NCBI GenBank assembly: GCA_038245295.1
Contig: JBBRSP010000026.1
Location: forward strand, 19,810 to 83,809
DNA: 64,000 bases
Reading direction: 5' to 3'
Source of the DNA: Candidatus Binatia bacterium
GTDB lineage: Bacteria > Desulfobacterota > Binatia > HRBIN30
The position numbers and the translations under genes were made by a program. Within the stretch, counting starts at the first letter, position 1. The number at the start of each line of letters is the position of its first letter. Below, piece after piece: positions 48,521 to 60,995 of the stretch. Under the pieces are notes generated by a model that saw only the letters and a list, made by a program, of their open reading frames with translations, was not told the DNA's origin and made no database searches.

Positions 48521-50404
48521 CTATTGGCAGACCAATTGTAGGCTTGCGACCAGATCGCCGCTGAGTGTCGAGATCGCCACGTCCATAACCGGTATCGCCA
48601 AAGCCAATTTTCCTCCGGACAACACACCGCTATCGATCGAGGCGCAGCTGAACGGTACACCTTTGACCGACTGGGTCAGGTTGGCCGCCGTCAGCATCGT
48701 CCCATCGCTGCTCACGACGTCGTAGACCGTGCCGGTGGCCAGACCGCTAGTCACACTACCACTCAGGGCGATGTCCCCGGCGTCGGCGTTGAACGCCGCG
48801 TTGTCCGCCGGGCAAGCGCTGCCCGCCGGCGTGACGATGCGGATGAAGATGTTCTCGGTAATCTTCGTGCCGCCAGCCTCGAAGACGCCGTCTTCGCGAA
48901 TCTGGATCGGACTGTTGCAGGCGCCCGGATGTTTGTCGGTCGGGCCTTCCAACTTGGCGCGTGACGTCAGGCCGCCGGCGCTGACGAAGGTGTTGTCGCA
49001 CTCGGGATCGATCGGTAGACCGCCGTTGGGACCAGGGTCCTTTGACGTGTCGTGGTCGGCCTCGCCGATCGAATTGTAATTCGGAGAACCGCCATCGCAG
49101 TCGATAATGCCGGTGCCTGTGCCGCCGGGGCGAGCACACAAGGTCGCCATTCCGAGCACGTTGATTGGGTCAAAGTGGGCGCCACTGGGCGGCACGGAGA
49201 TGTGGCGGATCCCGTCGGCGTCGGGCGGGCCAATCTCAAACGTCTGCTGTCCTTTCAGCGGGAAGCTGAGCGGACCCGGGAGGAAACTCGTCAGCACAAC
49301 GGCTTTGGCGCCGCTGGTGCCGGTCTTCAGGTTACATGTGCGCGTGACCGCTTGAACTGTCGGCGATGCCGAAGCGGTTGCCGTCGGCACGGGCGGCGAG
49401 GTCAACGTCGGCGTAGGCGTCAACGTCGGCGGCAGGGTTAGCGTCGCCGTGCGGGTGATCGTGGCCGTGCCCGTGATCGTTGGCGTCGCACCGCCAGGCG
49501 TGATCGTCGGCACCGGCGTCAAAGTGATGGTCGGCGTCGCCGTGCGCGGCGCGGCGGTGCGCGTGATGGTTGGGCTGAAGGTTGGGCGCGAGGTGAACGT
49601 TTGGGTTGACGTCGGTGTCTGCGTCGGGGTTGACGTCCTGCTCCGCGTCGCCGTGCGCGTCGGAGTGAAGGTGCGTGTGTTGACCGGCGTGCGTGTGAAT
49701 GTCGGAATGATCAGCCCGGCTTGGGCAATCAGCTGTTGCACGGTGGCATTGCCGCGCGCCAGCGCCGTTGCCTGGTCGTTGGCATCGCCGGCCGTCGACG
49801 CGGAGACGTTGCCGGGAACGGCGCGGATCGCCGTCACGATGTCGGTCAATTCACGCGGCGAGAAGGCGCAGAGGTTCTTGCCTTTGCCGACCTCTTCCAA
49901 GATCAGACGAACCGCCGCTTCGGAAGCACAATCGATATTCTGATCATCGACCGAGGACGACAGGAAGGCGCGGGTCAGCGCAGCGCCACTGCCGACCGAG
50001 GCGATGTAACGGCAAACCGAGCTTGGGTCGCGCAGTCCGCTCAGGGTCAGAACGTAACGCCCGTGGGAGTCCGTAGAAGCCTTCAGAAGGCCGCTGTCGG
50101 TCGAACCGTCGGCATTGCGCAACGACAAATCGACCTGCACATTGGGGACGGTCGTGATGCTCGCCGTGAAGGCCTCGACCGGGCGCGCCCCCAGGGCGGC
50201 AAATTGCTCCATCCACGAGGCCCGGGCGGCCGCCAGGCGACCGTTCGGCAATAACACAAGGCCAGTGACTTGATCCGGCGCGACAACGGTCGGTGGAACG
50301 TGGCTGGTTTGCGTGACGGTAGTGTCGCCGCCACAGCCGCCCAGGATGGTAGCCGCCAAAATCGGAATCATCAGGCCCGCAAACTTCTTCAGCCGCAATC
50401 GCAT
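48521..50404 (-). CDS. Lipoprotein with long Thr/Pro linker and a C-domain shared with 46450..48390
   Basis: ILGG-C lipobox, about 115-aa T/P-rich tract, C-terminal beta-rich Cys-containing domain ending LVCQ. Confidence 0.85.
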   Translation of the reverse strand: MRLRLKKFAGLMIPILAATILGGCGGDTTVTQTSHVPPTVVAPDQVTGLVLLPNGRLAAARASWMEQFAALGARPVEAFTASITTVPNVQVDLSLRNADGSTDSGLLKASTDSHGRYVLTLSGLRDPSSVCRYIASVGSGAALTRAFLSSSVDDQNIDCASEAAVRLILEEVGKGKNLCAFSPRELTDIVTAIRAVPGNVSASTAGDANDQATALARGNATVQQLIAQAGLIIPTFTRTPVNTRTFTPTRTATRSRTSTPTQTPTSTQTFTSRPTFSPTITRTAAPRTATPTITLTPVPTITPGGATPTITGTATITRTATLTLPPTLTPTPTLTSPPVPTATASASPTVQAVTRTCNLKTGTSGAKAVVLTSFLPGPLSFPLKGQQTFEIGPPDADGIRHISVPPSGAHFDPINVLGMATLCARPGGTGTGIIDCDGGSPNYNSIGEADHDTSKDPGPNGGLPIDPECDNTFVSAGGLTSRAKLEGPTDKHPGACNSPIQIREDGVFEAGGTKITENIFIRIVTPAGSACPADNAAFNADAGDIALSGSVTSGLATGTVYDVVSSDGTMLTAANLTQSVKGVPFSCASIDSGVLSGGKLALAIPVMDVAISTLSGDLVASLQLVCQ

Positions 50405-50525
50405 CAGCACCCTCACTCTTCTTCGTGACCGCAATGGCTACCATCCTCAAACATTGCACGTCAAATGACAACCGAATTTAGCACTATCGGTTGATTCTTG
50501 CGTCGACGTTCCCCTGAGCCATATG

Positions 50526-51041
50526 GTAGGGGCGGTTCGCGAACCGCCCAGTTCTGCCTCCGCTCCGCCGGAACGCGTTAGAGACCAGCCGCGTGCCTCA
50601 GGCAAGCTCAAGTGTTCCGACCACCGCCGGTTCGAGTCTGTCGGTTTTCTCTGATTGCACTCTTGAAAGCATACAAAGACCTCAGTCATTCCGACGATTT
50701 TCTCTGATTCATCGTTTGAAACAGCGCGAACACCCCCGTCATACCGACGAAAGCCGGTATCTCCCCATCACTTTTGGCCTTCCACTCGAGGAGACCGCAG
50801 CTTTCGAGTCTGTCGTAAAACCAAAGTGGAGCAACGTCATCCCGGTGAAAACCGGGATCTCCCCCTGCTGGAAGCCTCGAAAGCTGGCGAGATACCGGCT
50901 TTCGCCGGTATGACGGAAAGGTCTGCTCGGTTTCAAAGATGGTTTCCGATTAAATCGACACACTCTTTCGCCGGGATGACGGGCTGGCATCCGAGTTTAT
51001 CGACAGTCTCGATCGCCGGGCGGTGCGCGAACCGCCCCTAG
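50526..51041. repeat. Composite palindromic repeat region (two nested REP families)
   Basis: Outer inverted pair GTAGGGGCGGTTCGCGAACCGCCC (50526-50549) and GGGCGGTGCGCGAACCGCCCCTAG (51018-51041). Inner CGTCAT(A/C)CCG..GAAA.CCGG.ATCTC copies at 50736 and 50835, inverted at 50889 and 50965 (partial). Confidence 0.85.
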
Positions 51042-53500
51042 CCAATCTCCGCCAGCTCCAAACGCCCGGCCCAGCGATGGGCCAAGACGGCGCGCAGCGG
51101 CTTCGAGTCCGGGCTCGATAGGGTCGGGTCCTGAGCCAGCCACTCCACCGCCGCCTTGCGCGCATCTTCCAGAACGCCGCGATCGCGGATCAGGTTGGCG
51201 ACACGAAAGTCGGGCATCCCGGACTGCCTGGTGCCGATCATGTCGCCGGGGCCACGAATCTCGAGGTCGATCTCGGCAATCTTGAAGCCGTCATTGCTGC
51301 CGGCCAGCGCTTCGAGGCGGCGGCGTGTGTCGTCGCCGCGGTAATAGGGCGTGAGCAAGACACAGTAGGCGGCATCGCTGCCCCGCCCCACCCGGCCGCG
51401 CAGCTGGTGCAATTGCGACAGCCCGAAGCGTTCGGCGTGTTCGATCACCATGATCGAGGCATTGGGCACGTCTATGCCGACCTCGATCACCGTCGTGCTG
51501 ACCAGGAGCTGCAAGTCGCCCGCTTTGAAGCGGCGCATCACCGCGTCCTTCTCCGTCGAACGCATGCGGCCGTGTACCAGCCCGACGCGGTACCCGTGAA
51601 ACACCGTGCCGGCCAGCTCCTGCGCCATCGTCGTCGCATCGCGCAGGTCGCTGTCATCCGACTCTTCGACCAGCGGATAAACCACGTAGGCCTGGCGACC
51701 TTTATCCAACTCGCTCTTGACGAGATCGTAGACCTTGTTGCGCTCGCCGTCGTGGCGCAGCAGGGTGCGCACCGGTTGGCGCCCGGGCGGCAACTCGTCG
51801 AGCACCGAGATATCGAGATCGCCATACACCGTCATCGCCAGGGTGCGCGGGATGGGCGTGGCGGTCATCAGAAGAATATCCGGCGCAACATCGCCGGCCA
51901 GCCGTCGCAGGGCGGCGCGCTGCAGGACACCGAAGCGATGCTGCTCATCGACAATGCCGACGCCGAGGCGAGCGAACTTCATTTCTTCCTGGATGAGCGC
52001 ATGGGTACCAACCGCCAGCTGAATCTCGCCGCTTTCGATGCGCGCTCGCAGCTTCTTCTTCTCGGCGCGTGTGAGTTGTCCGGTCAACAGCGCCGTGCGG
52101 ATCCCAAGCGGCTCGGCCAATTGCGACACCGTCGCAAAGTGCTGCTCGGCAAGTAGCTCCGTTGGTGCCATCAACGCGGCCTGCGCATCATTCTCGATCG
52201 CCACCAACGCCGCGTAGAGGGCGACCACGGTCTTGCCGCTGCCGACGTCGCCCTGCACGAGTCGGTGCATCGGCTGGTCGCGCCCCAGATCGGCGACGAT
52301 CTCGCGCGTCACCCGTTCCTGTGCCTGCGTGAACCGGAACGGCAAGCGCGCCCGGAAGGCGTCGGTGAGGTTGTGGTGTTCGATCAGCGCCCTGCCCGCT
52401 TCACGCGCGATACCTTGTCGCCGCAGCGCCATGCCGAGCTGCAAGAAGAACAACTCGTCGAAGACGATCGAGCGATGCGCCACCGAACGCGCGCTGTTGA
52501 GGGCTTCGACATCGGCACCTACTTCCGGTGCGTGCAGGCTACGGAAAGCCTGACGTAGGTCGACGACATGCCCGCGCCGCACCACCTCGGGTGGCAACAC
52601 ACACGGCACGCGGCGCTCGAAGCTCTCCAGACCGCCGTGCACGAGCTTGCGCATGATGGCGACGCTCATTTGTGTTGGTTTGGTGTAGACCGGCAACACA
52701 CCCTGGCCGATCCCGGCGTCGGCGTCGATCTCGATCTCCGGGTGCACGATGCGCAGCGTCGCCCCGCCCTGCCCCTCGACCTTGCCGTGGAACAAGCCGC
52801 GCTGACCGATCTGATAGCGTTTGGAGAAATACGCCACGCCCTGAAACCATGTGAGGGCGATCAGTCCGCTGTCGTCTCGCACCACACCTTCGAGGATTTG
52901 CCGTCGCGTCCGCCCAACGTGGCGCTCGGCCAGATGGATGATCTCGCCGGCGACGGTGACGACGTCGCCGCTGCGGACCTGCCGGATCGGTGTCACCGTG
53001 CGGCGATCCTCGTAGCGGAACGGCAGGTGGTACAGCATGTCTTCCACCGTTTCGATGCCGAGCTTCTTGAACTGCTCGGCCCGCCGCGGCCCCACCCCGG
53101 CCATGAATTGCACCGCCTGAGACAAGGCCTCGAGGTCGTCCTTCGAAACCGTCGAACGCTGATATGCGGCAACCGATTCTGCCGCCGGTCGCTCGAGTGC
53201 CGTCAGGGCCGACAACGCACGTACCGCCGGATCGCGCCGCAGCGCGGGCGTGGCTACTTGCAGAGCCCGCAGCGCCGCCGATAGCTCTTCCAGCGTCGCC
53301 TGGACCGACGCGTACCGTCGGTTGGCCAGGTACGATTCGATCTCGGCCAGAAAACGCGCCACCGGAAACTGCATGCGCGCCGCGGCCTCCGGCGCCCCCT
53401 GCATCAGGAAACGCAGCGGCGGCGTCAGCGCCGCAATCAGACGCTGCAGCGGTTCGTCAGCGATCGGTGGAGGAATTTCCTCCGGACGATGATTCGGCAC
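51038..53500 (-). CDS. recG: ATP-dependent DNA helicase RecG
   Basis: [56 protein letters not shown]; exact start uncertain. Confidence 0.98.
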   Translation of the reverse strand: MPNHRPEEIPPPIADEPLQRLIAALTPPLRFLMQGAPEAAARMQFPVARFLAEIESYLANRRYASVQATLEELSAALRALQVATPALRRDPAVRALSALTALERPAAESVAAYQRSTVSKDDLEALSQAVQFMAGVGPRRAEQFKKLGIETVEDMLYHLPFRYEDRRTVTPIRQVRSGDVVTVAGEIIHLAERHVGRTRRQILEGVVRDDSGLIALTWFQGVAYFSKRYQIGQRGLFHGKVEGQGGATLRIVHPEIEIDADAGIGQGVLPVYTKPTQMSVAIMRKLVHGGLESFERRVPCVLPPEVVRRGHVVDLRQAFRSLHAPEVGADVEALNSARSVAHRSIVFDELFFLQLGMALRRQGIAREAGRALIEHHNLTDAFRARLPFRFTQAQERVTREIVADLGRDQPMHRLVQGDVGSGKTVVALYAALVAIENDAQAALMAPTELLAEQHFATVSQLAEPLGIRTALLTGQLTRAEKKKLRARIESGEIQLAVGTHALIQEEMKFARLGVGIVDEQHRFGVLQRAALRRLAGDVAPDILLMTATPIPRTLAMTVYGDLDISVLDELPPGRQPVRTLLRHDGERNKVYDLVKSELDKGRQAYVVYPLVEESDDSDLRDATTMAQELAGTVFHGYRVGLVHGRMRSTEKDAVMRRFKAGDLQLLVSTTVIEVGIDVPNASIMVIEHAERFGLSQLHQLRGRVGRGSDAAYCVLLTPYYRGDDTRRRLEALAGSNDGFKIAEIDLEIRGPGDMIGTRQSGMPDFRVANLIRDRGVLEDARKAAVEWLAQDPTLSSPDSKPLRAVLAHRWAGRLELAEIG

Positions 53501-56500
53501 GACTGTAATGATCCTGCAGCGGGGTCACGGTGAGCGCCTCACGTTTGAGCAACTCGACACCTTCGGTCGCCGCTTCCGCTCCGGCGATGGTCGTAAAGTA
53601 GGGAATGCGCGATTCCAACGTCGAGCGTCGGATCGAAAACGAGTCGAGCTGCGGACCGAACCCCTTGGGTGTGTTGATCACCATGCTGATGCGGCCGGCA
53701 ACGATCGCGTCAACGCAGTGCGGACTGCCCTCGAGTACTTTATTGATCGATTCGACCTCAAGCCCATGCTGCCGCAGGTGTGTGGCCGTGCCGCTCGTGG
53801 CGATGAGCGAGAAGCCGCACGCCGCCAGGCGCTTGGCCACACCGATCGCGGCCACCTTATCTTCATCACAAACGCTGATGAACACGGTTCCCGCGGTCGG
53901 CAGTCGATTGCCGGCGCCGAGCTGCGCCTTGGCGAAGGCTTCGCCGAACGAGGCGCCGATCCCCATCACTTCACCGGTCGATTTCATTTCCGGCCCGAGC
54001 AGCGTGTCGACGCCGGGGAACTTGGCAAACGGGAACACCGCTTCCTTCACCGAGAAGTGCGGCGGCACGATCTCTTCGGTAAACCCGAGCTGCGCCAGGG
54101 TCATGCCTCCCATCACACGCGCCGCCATCTTCGCCAGCGGCACACCGATCGCTTTACTGACGAACGGCACGGTGCGCGAGGCACGCGGATTCACTTCGAG
54201 GATGTAGACGTCACTGCCCTTGATCGCGAACTGGATGTTCATCAGCCCGACCACCCCGAGCTCGATCGCCAAGGCCTTCGATTGCCGACGCACCTCGGCG
54301 AGAACCGGCTCAGGGATCGTGTGTGTCGGCAGCGAGCAGGCGCTGTCGCCCGAGTGCACACCGGCACGCTCGATATGTTCCATGATACCGCCGATGACGA
54401 CCTGCGTGCCGTCCGAGATGGCATCAACGTCGAGCTCCACGGCGTCATCGAGGAACTTGTCGATGAGGATCGTGCGCTCCGGAGCGGCTTCCAGGGCTCG
54501 GGTCATGTAACGCTTCAGATCCTCGTCGGTGTAGACGATCTCCATGGCTCGACCGCCGAGGACATACGACGGGCGCACGAGAACCGGGTAAGTCAAGCGG
54601 TGCGCCCAATCGAGGGCGGATTCGACATTCAAGGCAATGCCGTTCGGCGGCTGCCGCAGCTTGAGTTTCTCCAGCAGCTCGGCGAAGCGCTGGCGATCTT
54701 CGGCTCGGTCGATGGAGTCCGGCGTCGTTCCGAGGATGCGCACACCGGCCTTCTCGAGCGGCACGGCGAGCTTCAGTGGCGTCTGCCCGCCAAACTGCAC
54801 GATGACGCCTTCCGGTTGCTCGCGATCGATGATCGCCAAGACGTCCTCGATTGTCAGTGGCTCGAAATACAGCTTGTCGGAGGTGTCGTAGTCCGTGCTC
54901 ACGGTCTCAGGGTTACAGTTGACCATGATCGTCTCGTAGCCGTCTTCCTTGAGTGCGAAGGCGGCATGAACGCAGCAATAGTCGAACTCGATGCCTTGGC
55001 CGATGCGGTTCGGTCCGCCGCCGAGGATCATGATCTTGCGACGCTTGCTCACGGCGGATTCATCTTCGTCCTCGTAGGTCGAGTAGAGATACGGGGTAAA
55101 CGCCGGAAACTCGGCGCCGCAGGTATCGACCATCTTGTAGACCGGACGAATGCCAAGGCTGGTGCGGTGTTCTCGGGTCTGTGCTTCCGTCTTGCCGGTG
55201 AGTTGTCCGAGACGCGCATCGGAAAAGCCCATGCGTTTGGCGTGTTTCATCTGCACCGCGTCGAGCGTTCCGGCCGCCTTGATCTCGCTCTCGGCGTCGA
55301 TGATCTGGCGAATGTTGTCGAGGAACCACGGATCGATCTTGCTGATGTCGTACAGTTCCTTGGTCGTAAAGCCCTGGCGAATGGCGTCGGCGATGTACCA
55401 CAGGCGACGCGCATTGGGGACACGCAACTTCTCGATCAACTCCGCGCGGCTCTCCGCCTTGGGACCGCGGCCCTTGTCGTCGAACCCGACCGAATCGATC
55501 TCGAGAGACCGGATCGCCTTCTGCAGAGATTCCTTGAACGTTCGGCCGATCGCCATGACTTCACCGACCGACTTCATCTGCGGGCCGAGCGTGTCCTTCG
55601 CCGCCGGGAACTTCTCGAAGGTGAAACGTGGGATCTTGGTGACGACATAATCGATCGTCGGCTCGAACGACGCCGGTGTTTCGCGTGTGATGTCGTTGCG
55701 GATCTCGTCGAGTGTGTAGCCCACCGCTAACTTGGCAGCGATCTTGGCGATCGGGAACCCTGTCGCCTTGCTGGCCAGCGCCGAGCTGCGCGACACACGC
55801 GGATTCATTTCGATGACCACCAGACGACCATTCACCGGATTGACGGCGAATTGGATGTTCGAGCCGCCGGTATCGACCCCGATCTCGCGGATGATGCGCA
55901 GCGAGGCGTCGCGCATGATCTGATATTCTTTGTCGGTGAGCGTCTGTACCGGCGCCACCGTGATGCTGTCACCGGTGTGCACACCAAGCGGATCGAAGTT
56001 CTCGATCGAGCAGATGATGACGACGTTGTCCTTGGTGTCGCGCATCACCTCGAGCTCGAATTCCTTCCAGCCGGCGATCGACTCTTCGATCAACACCTCG
56101 CTGGTGGGCGACGCGTCGAGCCCGTGGCGCGTGATTTCGAAGAACTCTTCTTCGGTCGCCACGATACCGCCACCCGTTCCACCGAGGGTGCGTGACGGCC
56201 GGATGATCAGCGGCAAACCAAGCTTGGCCAGTGCCAGCTTCGCCTCATCCATGTTGTGAGCGTACTCGCTGCGCGGCAGGTCGAGTCCGATCTTCAACAT
56301 CGCTTGTTTGAAGAGGTCGCGATCCTCGGCCTTCTTGATGGCCGGCAGCTTGGCGCCGATGAGCTCGACGCCGAAACGTTCGAGCGTCCCGCGTTCGGCA
56401 AGCTCGATCGCCGTATTCAAGCCGGTCTGCCCGCCGATGGTCGGCAGCAGCGCGTCGGGCCGTTCGGCCTCGATGATTTTCTCCAGCACGTCGGCGGTGA

Positions 56501-56705
56501 TCGGCTCCACATAGGTACGATCGGCGAAGGTCGGATCGGTCATGATCGTTGCCGGATTCGAGTTGATCAGGATGACGCGGTAGCCCTCTTCCTTGAGAGC
56601 CTTGCACGCTTGTGTGCCCGAGTAATCGAATTCGCAGGCCTGTCCGATGACGATCGGGCCGGAGCCGATCAACAAAATACTCTTGATGTCTGTACGCTTG
56701 GGCAT
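53457..56705 (-). CDS. carB: Carbamoyl-phosphate synthase large subunit
   Basis: [24 protein letters not shown], duplicated ATP-grasp domains, [15 protein letters not shown] domain. Confidence 0.99.
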   Translation of the reverse strand: MPKRTDIKSILLIGSGPIVIGQACEFDYSGTQACKALKEEGYRVILINSNPATIMTDPTFADRTYVEPITADVLEKIIEAERPDALLPTIGGQTGLNTAIELAERGTLERFGVELIGAKLPAIKKAEDRDLFKQAMLKIGLDLPRSEYAHNMDEAKLALAKLGLPLIIRPSRTLGGTGGGIVATEEEFFEITRHGLDASPTSEVLIEESIAGWKEFELEVMRDTKDNVVIICSIENFDPLGVHTGDSITVAPVQTLTDKEYQIMRDASLRIIREIGVDTGGSNIQFAVNPVNGRLVVIEMNPRVSRSSALASKATGFPIAKIAAKLAVGYTLDEIRNDITRETPASFEPTIDYVVTKIPRFTFEKFPAAKDTLGPQMKSVGEVMAIGRTFKESLQKAIRSLEIDSVGFDDKGRGPKAESRAELIEKLRVPNARRLWYIADAIRQGFTTKELYDISKIDPWFLDNIRQIIDAESEIKAAGTLDAVQMKHAKRMGFSDARLGQLTGKTEAQTREHRTSLGIRPVYKMVDTCGAEFPAFTPYLYSTYEDEDESAVSKRRKIMILGGGPNRIGQGIEFDYCCVHAAFALKEDGYETIMVNCNPETVSTDYDTSDKLYFEPLTIEDVLAIIDREQPEGVIVQFGGQTPLKLAVPLEKAGVRILGTTPDSIDRAEDRQRFAELLEKLKLRQPPNGIALNVESALDWAHRLTYPVLVRPSYVLGGRAMEIVYTDEDLKRYMTRALEAAPERTILIDKFLDDAVELDVDAISDGTQVVIGGIMEHIERAGVHSGDSACSLPTHTIPEPVLAEVRRQSKALAIELGVVGLMNIQFAIKGSDVYILEVNPRASRTVPFVSKAIGVPLAKMAARVMGGMTLAQLGFTEEIVPPHFSVKEAVFPFAKFPGVDTLLGPEMKSTGEVMGIGASFGEAFAKAQLGAGNRLPTAGTVFISVCDEDKVAAIGVAKRLAACGFSLIATSGTATHLRQHGLEVESINKVLEGSPHCVDAIVAGRISMVINTPKGFGPQLDSFSIRRSTLESRIPYFTTIAGAEAATEGVELLKREALTVTPLQDHYSRAESSSGGNSSTDR

Positions 56706-56719
56706 GACTGCTCTACGGC

Positions 56720-57838
56720 CTAGTTGGCCTTCTCCATCAGGTCCACGAATCGTTTGAAGAGATAATTGGCGTCGCTCGGTCCGGGCGACGCTTCCGGATG
56801 ATACTGCACCGAAAAGATCGGTAACTCGCTATGCGCCAGACCCTCGACTGTGTTGTCGTTGAGGTTCACGTGGGTCAGCGCGGCCTTGCCCTGCAGTGAT
56901 TCGACATCGACCGCGAAGCCGTGATTCTGCGACGTGATCTCGACCTGACGCGTCGTCAGGTCCATCACGGGTTGGTTGCCGCCGTGGTGGCCGAACTTGA
57001 GTTTGTACGTGCGCCCGCCAAACGCCAAGCCGAGCATCTGATGCCCGAGGCAGATTCCGAAGATCGGCCGCTTACCGAGGAGGTCACGAACGATCCCGGC
57101 ATACGGCCCGACGTCGGGATCACCGGGACCGTTGGACAAGAAGATCCCGTCGGGCTTCATGGCCAGGACGTCAGCAGCCGGGGTCGCGGCGGGCACAACC
57201 TTCACACGCATACCCGAGTGGACCAGGTTGCGCAGGATGTTGCGCTTGATGCCAAAGTCGTAGGCGACCACGAAGGGCTGCTTCCCGCCCGCCGCAGCGC
57301 CGTACCCCGACTCGATACTCCAGGTGGACTCCGTCCAGTCGTACGCCTCGGCGCACGTCACCTCGCGCACCAGATCGCGGCCGATCAAGCCCGGCAGTGC
57401 CTTGGCCTTTTCAACCAGACGTTGCGCGTCGGTTTCCTGCGTCGAGATGATGCCTTCCTGAGCCCCATGGTCACGCAAGCGACGCACGAGGGCGCGCGTG
57501 TCGATGCCCTGGATACCGGGGATGCCGTTCTCTTTGAGGTATTGCGCCAGAGACTTGCGAGCCCGCCAGTTGCTCGGGTTCTCCCAGTACTCCTTGACAA
57601 TGAATCCCTGGACGAACGGACGCGACGCTTCGACATCTTCGAGATTGACGCCGACGTTGCCGATTTCCGGATAGGTCATGCAGACCATCTGTCCGTGGTA
57701 CGACGGATCGGTCAGGATCTCCTGGTAGCCGGTCATCGATGTATTGAATACGACCTCGCCGCCGGCCTCGCCTTCGGCGCCAAAACTGACACCTTCGAAG
57801 ACGGTTCCATCCGCGAGGGCCAACAGGGCCTTCATCAC
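56720..57838 (-). CDS. carA: Carbamoyl-phosphate synthase small subunit
   Basis: [38 protein letters not shown]. Confidence 0.99.
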   Translation of the reverse strand: MMKALLALADGTVFEGVSFGAEGEAGGEVVFNTSMTGYQEILTDPSYHGQMVCMTYPEIGNVGVNLEDVEASRPFVQGFIVKEYWENPSNWRARKSLAQYLKENGIPGIQGIDTRALVRRLRDHGAQEGIISTQETDAQRLVEKAKALPGLIGRDLVREVTCAEAYDWTESTWSIESGYGAAAGGKQPFVVAYDFGIKRNILRNLVHSGMRVKVVPAATPAADVLAMKPDGIFLSNGPGDPDVGPYAGIVRDLLGKRPIFGICLGHQMLGLAFGGRTYKLKFGHHGGNQPVMDLTTRQVEITSQNHGFAVDVESLQGKAALTHVNLNDNTVEGLAHSELPIFSVQYHPEASPGPSDANYLFKRFVDLMEKAN

Positions 57839-59139
57839 TTCTTTCCTCCGTTACGCGGCATTTCCCACACCACCCTGCCTCCCACCATTGTCACACGTGC
57901 GCGGCCGGCCATGGAGGCCCCGACAAACGGTGTGTTCCGCGACTTCGACTGCAAGTTCTCCGGCTGCAGCTTCCACCGGGCCTCGGGATCGATGACCGTG
58001 ATATCGGCCGGGCTTCCTTCCGCCAAGGTGCCGCCGGCAACGCCGAGCAGCTTGGCGGGATTGCTGCTCATCGCCCGCACCAGTGCCTCATTCGACAAAC
58101 CAATCTCGCGCGCCATCGCCAGGGCCAAGGGTAAGGCCGTCTCGAGGCCAATGATGCCGTTGGCCGCCAGATCGAACTCGACCTCTTTCTCGTCGCGATG
58201 ATGCGGCGCGTGGTCGGTGGCGATGATATCGATTGTACCGTCGAGAATTCCGGCCCGCACCGCATCGACATCCTTTTGCGTTCGCAGCGGCGGGTTCATC
58301 TTGGCGTTGGTGTTGTAACCCTCGACGGCAGCCTCGGTGAGCGTAAAATGATGCGGCGTTGCTTCGGCGGTGATCGCCAACCCACGCCGTTTTGCTGCGC
58401 GCACCATGTCGACCGCTCCCACGGTGCTCAAATGTGCCACGTGCAGTTTGCCGCCGCTGTGTTCGAGCAAGGCGATATCGCGCGCCACCATGGCATCCTC
58501 GGCAGCGGCGGGCATACCGCGCAAACCGAGACGCACGGACCACTCGCCCTCGTTCATGACGCCGCCGGCGGCGATGTCGCGATCCTCTTCGTGGACAATG
58601 ACCGGCAGGCCGAACATCGATGAGTACTCCAGCGCGCGGCGCATTAGCACTCCGCTCATGATCGGCATGCCGTCGTCGGAAACGGCGCAGATGCCGGCGC
58701 GTTTCATCTCGCCGATCTCCGCCAACTCTTCTCCCTTGAGTCCCTTCGAAACGGCGCCGATCGGATACACATGAGCCAGGTTGGCCACGGCCGAACGTTC
58801 CAGGATGTATTCGGTTACCGCGGCCGAGTCGTTGATGGGGTTGGTGTTCGCCATACACGCAACCGCCGTGAACCCACCGGCGACCGCGGAGCGTGCACCG
58901 GTCTCGACGGTTTCTTTGTACTCATAACCAGGCTCGCGCAGGTGGACGTGGACATCGATGAGTCCCGGCACCACCCAGCAGCCGCTGGCGTCAATCACCT
59001 TGCCGGCCTCTGGTGTCTCGGCCCCGGCGGGCAACAGGGCGGCGATGATGCCGTTGCGGACGAGCACGTCATGCGGCGCGTTGATGCCCTGAGACGGGTC
59101 GATCACCGTACCACCGCGGATGATCAAACTCTTACTCAC
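57835..59139 (-). CDS. pyrC: Dihydroorotase (type I)
   Basis: [36 protein letters not shown]. Confidence 0.97.
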   Translation of the reverse strand: MSKSLIIRGGTVIDPSQGINAPHDVLVRNGIIAALLPAGAETPEAGKVIDASGCWVVPGLIDVHVHLREPGYEYKETVETGARSAVAGGFTAVACMANTNPINDSAAVTEYILERSAVANLAHVYPIGAVSKGLKGEELAEIGEMKRAGICAVSDDGMPIMSGVLMRRALEYSSMFGLPVIVHEEDRDIAAGGVMNEGEWSVRLGLRGMPAAAEDAMVARDIALLEHSGGKLHVAHLSTVGAVDMVRAAKRRGLAITAEATPHHFTLTEAAVEGYNTNAKMNPPLRTQKDVDAVRAGILDGTIDIIATDHAPHHRDEKEVEFDLAANGIIGLETALPLALAMAREIGLSNEALVRAMSSNPAKLLGVAGGTLAEGSPADITVIDPEARWKLQPENLQSKSRNTPFVGASMAGRARVTMVGGRVVWEMPRNGGKK

Positions 59140-60110
59140 CCCACCCTCCGGCGCAGCTGCGGCTCACTGCTGACAACGCTGATTGGTTCCTCGCGGGTGC
59201 GATTGGCGAGCAGGTAGAGAACCGCCATGCGTACGGCGATGCCGTTCGTCACTTGATTCATGATCACGGAATACGGCCCGTCGGCCACGGCGCTGGAGAT
59301 CTCAACGCCGCGATTGATCGGGCCTGGGTGCAGGATGATGACGTCGGGCTTGGCTTTGGCGACAGCTTCTTCGTTGAGACCGAAGTAGCGCGAGTACTCG
59401 TCGGTGGTCGGGAAGAAATTCTTCCCCTGTCGTTCGAGCTGGATACGCAGCATCATGATCACATCGGCGTCGCGTACACCTTCGTTGAGGTCGTTGGTAA
59501 TTTCGGCCCACGAGGAGAACTCTCGCGGCAGTAACGTCGCGGGTCCGACCAGGCGGACGCGCGCCCCGAGCGTCCGCAGCGCAAACAGGTTGGAACGGGC
59601 GACACGACTGTGCAGGACATCACCAACGATTGTCACGGTCAGGCCGGCGATATCTCCCTTACGTTCGCGAATCGTCAACAGATCGAGGAGGCCCTGGGTG
59701 GGGTGCTCGTGAGATCCGTCACCGGCATTGATGATTGGGCATTCGACCCGCTGCGCCAGGAAATGCGCCGCGCCCGACGATGGGTGACGTAAGATGATGG
59801 CGTCGGGCTTCATGGCGTCCAGATTACGCGCCGTGTCGAGCAGCGTTTCGCCTTTGTTGGCGCTGCTGGCCGAGGCCGACAGGCTGACGAAGTCGGCGCT
59901 CATGCGCTTGGCGGCGATTTCGAACGACACCCGCGTGCGCGTGCTGTTTTCGTAGAAGACGCTCAGCACCGTCTTGCCGCGCAAGGTCGGCACCTTCTTG
60001 ATGTCGCGTTCGGAGATCTCTTTGAACTCGGCCGCCGTGTCGACGAGGTGCGTTAGCTCGTCGCGGCTGAGGCCTTCGAGGCCGAGCAGATGTCGCTGCG
60101 TGTAGGGCAT
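59136..60110 (-). CDS. pyrB: Aspartate carbamoyltransferase catalytic subunit
   Basis: F.E.STRT, NAGDG.HEHPTQ, HSRV, RIQ.ER, HPGP.NRG. Confidence 0.98.
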   Translation of the reverse strand: MPYTQRHLLGLEGLSRDELTHLVDTAAEFKEISERDIKKVPTLRGKTVLSVFYENSTRTRVSFEIAAKRMSADFVSLSASASSANKGETLLDTARNLDAMKPDAIILRHPSSGAAHFLAQRVECPIINAGDGSHEHPTQGLLDLLTIRERKGDIAGLTVTIVGDVLHSRVARSNLFALRTLGARVRLVGPATLLPREFSSWAEITNDLNEGVRDADVIMMLRIQLERQGKNFFPTTDEYSRYFGLNEEAVAKAKPDVIILHPGPINRGVEISSAVADGPYSVIMNQVTNGIAVRMAVLYLLANRTREEPISVVSSEPQLRRRVG

Positions 60111-60112
60111 GA

Positions 60113-60740
<628 letters not shown>

Positions 60741-60747
60741 GGCTACC

Positions 60748-60778
60748 CCTTTCCGGCCTCGCAGGACCAGCTTAAAGG
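60748..60778 (-). promoter_or_regulatory. PyrR-binding RNA stem-loop
   Basis: CCTTTAAG-CTGGTCCTGCGAGGCCGG-AAAGG matches the PyrR consensus CCUUUAA...GUCC.GNGAGG...AAGG, directly upstream of pyrR. Confidence 0.88.
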
Positions 60779-60933
60779 TTACGTTCTCTTAGCTACCGTC
60801 GCGGCGTCGCGAAGTCAAACTTTTTCCCGGCTTCCGATGTGAATGCTTTCCGAGGCCGAGCTGGGACACGCGCTCTGGAACCGAAGCATAACGCGCAGAT
60901 TCTATTCCATCACTGGGCCCCGGCCCAATGTCG

Positions 60934-60956
60934 GTAGGCGCAGGCTTCAGCCTGCG
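60934..60956 (+). repeat. Single GTAG-type REP, identical to 38671-38693
   Basis: GTAGGCGCAGGCTTCAGCCTGCG. Confidence 0.88.
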
Positions 60957-60995
60957 GCGCGTGAGCCCAATGCTCCCGAACAGCCGCTGAAGCTT

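Noticed and set aside
50620..50645. tRNA-like GGTTCGAGTC T-loop
   Set aside because: The T-stem is imperfect, with no acceptor stem, D-arm or CCA; the motif recurs at ~50803 as part of the repeat mosaic.
50593..51041. Short ORFs in the recG downstream spacer
   Set aside because: Derived from REP palindromes, with no RBS or coding-like composition.
53508..55730. 740-aa plus-strand ORF
   Set aside because: Antisense shadow of carB, expected from high-GC codon bias; no motifs.
56921..58201. 426-aa plus-strand ORF
   Set aside because: Antisense shadow of carA/pyrC.
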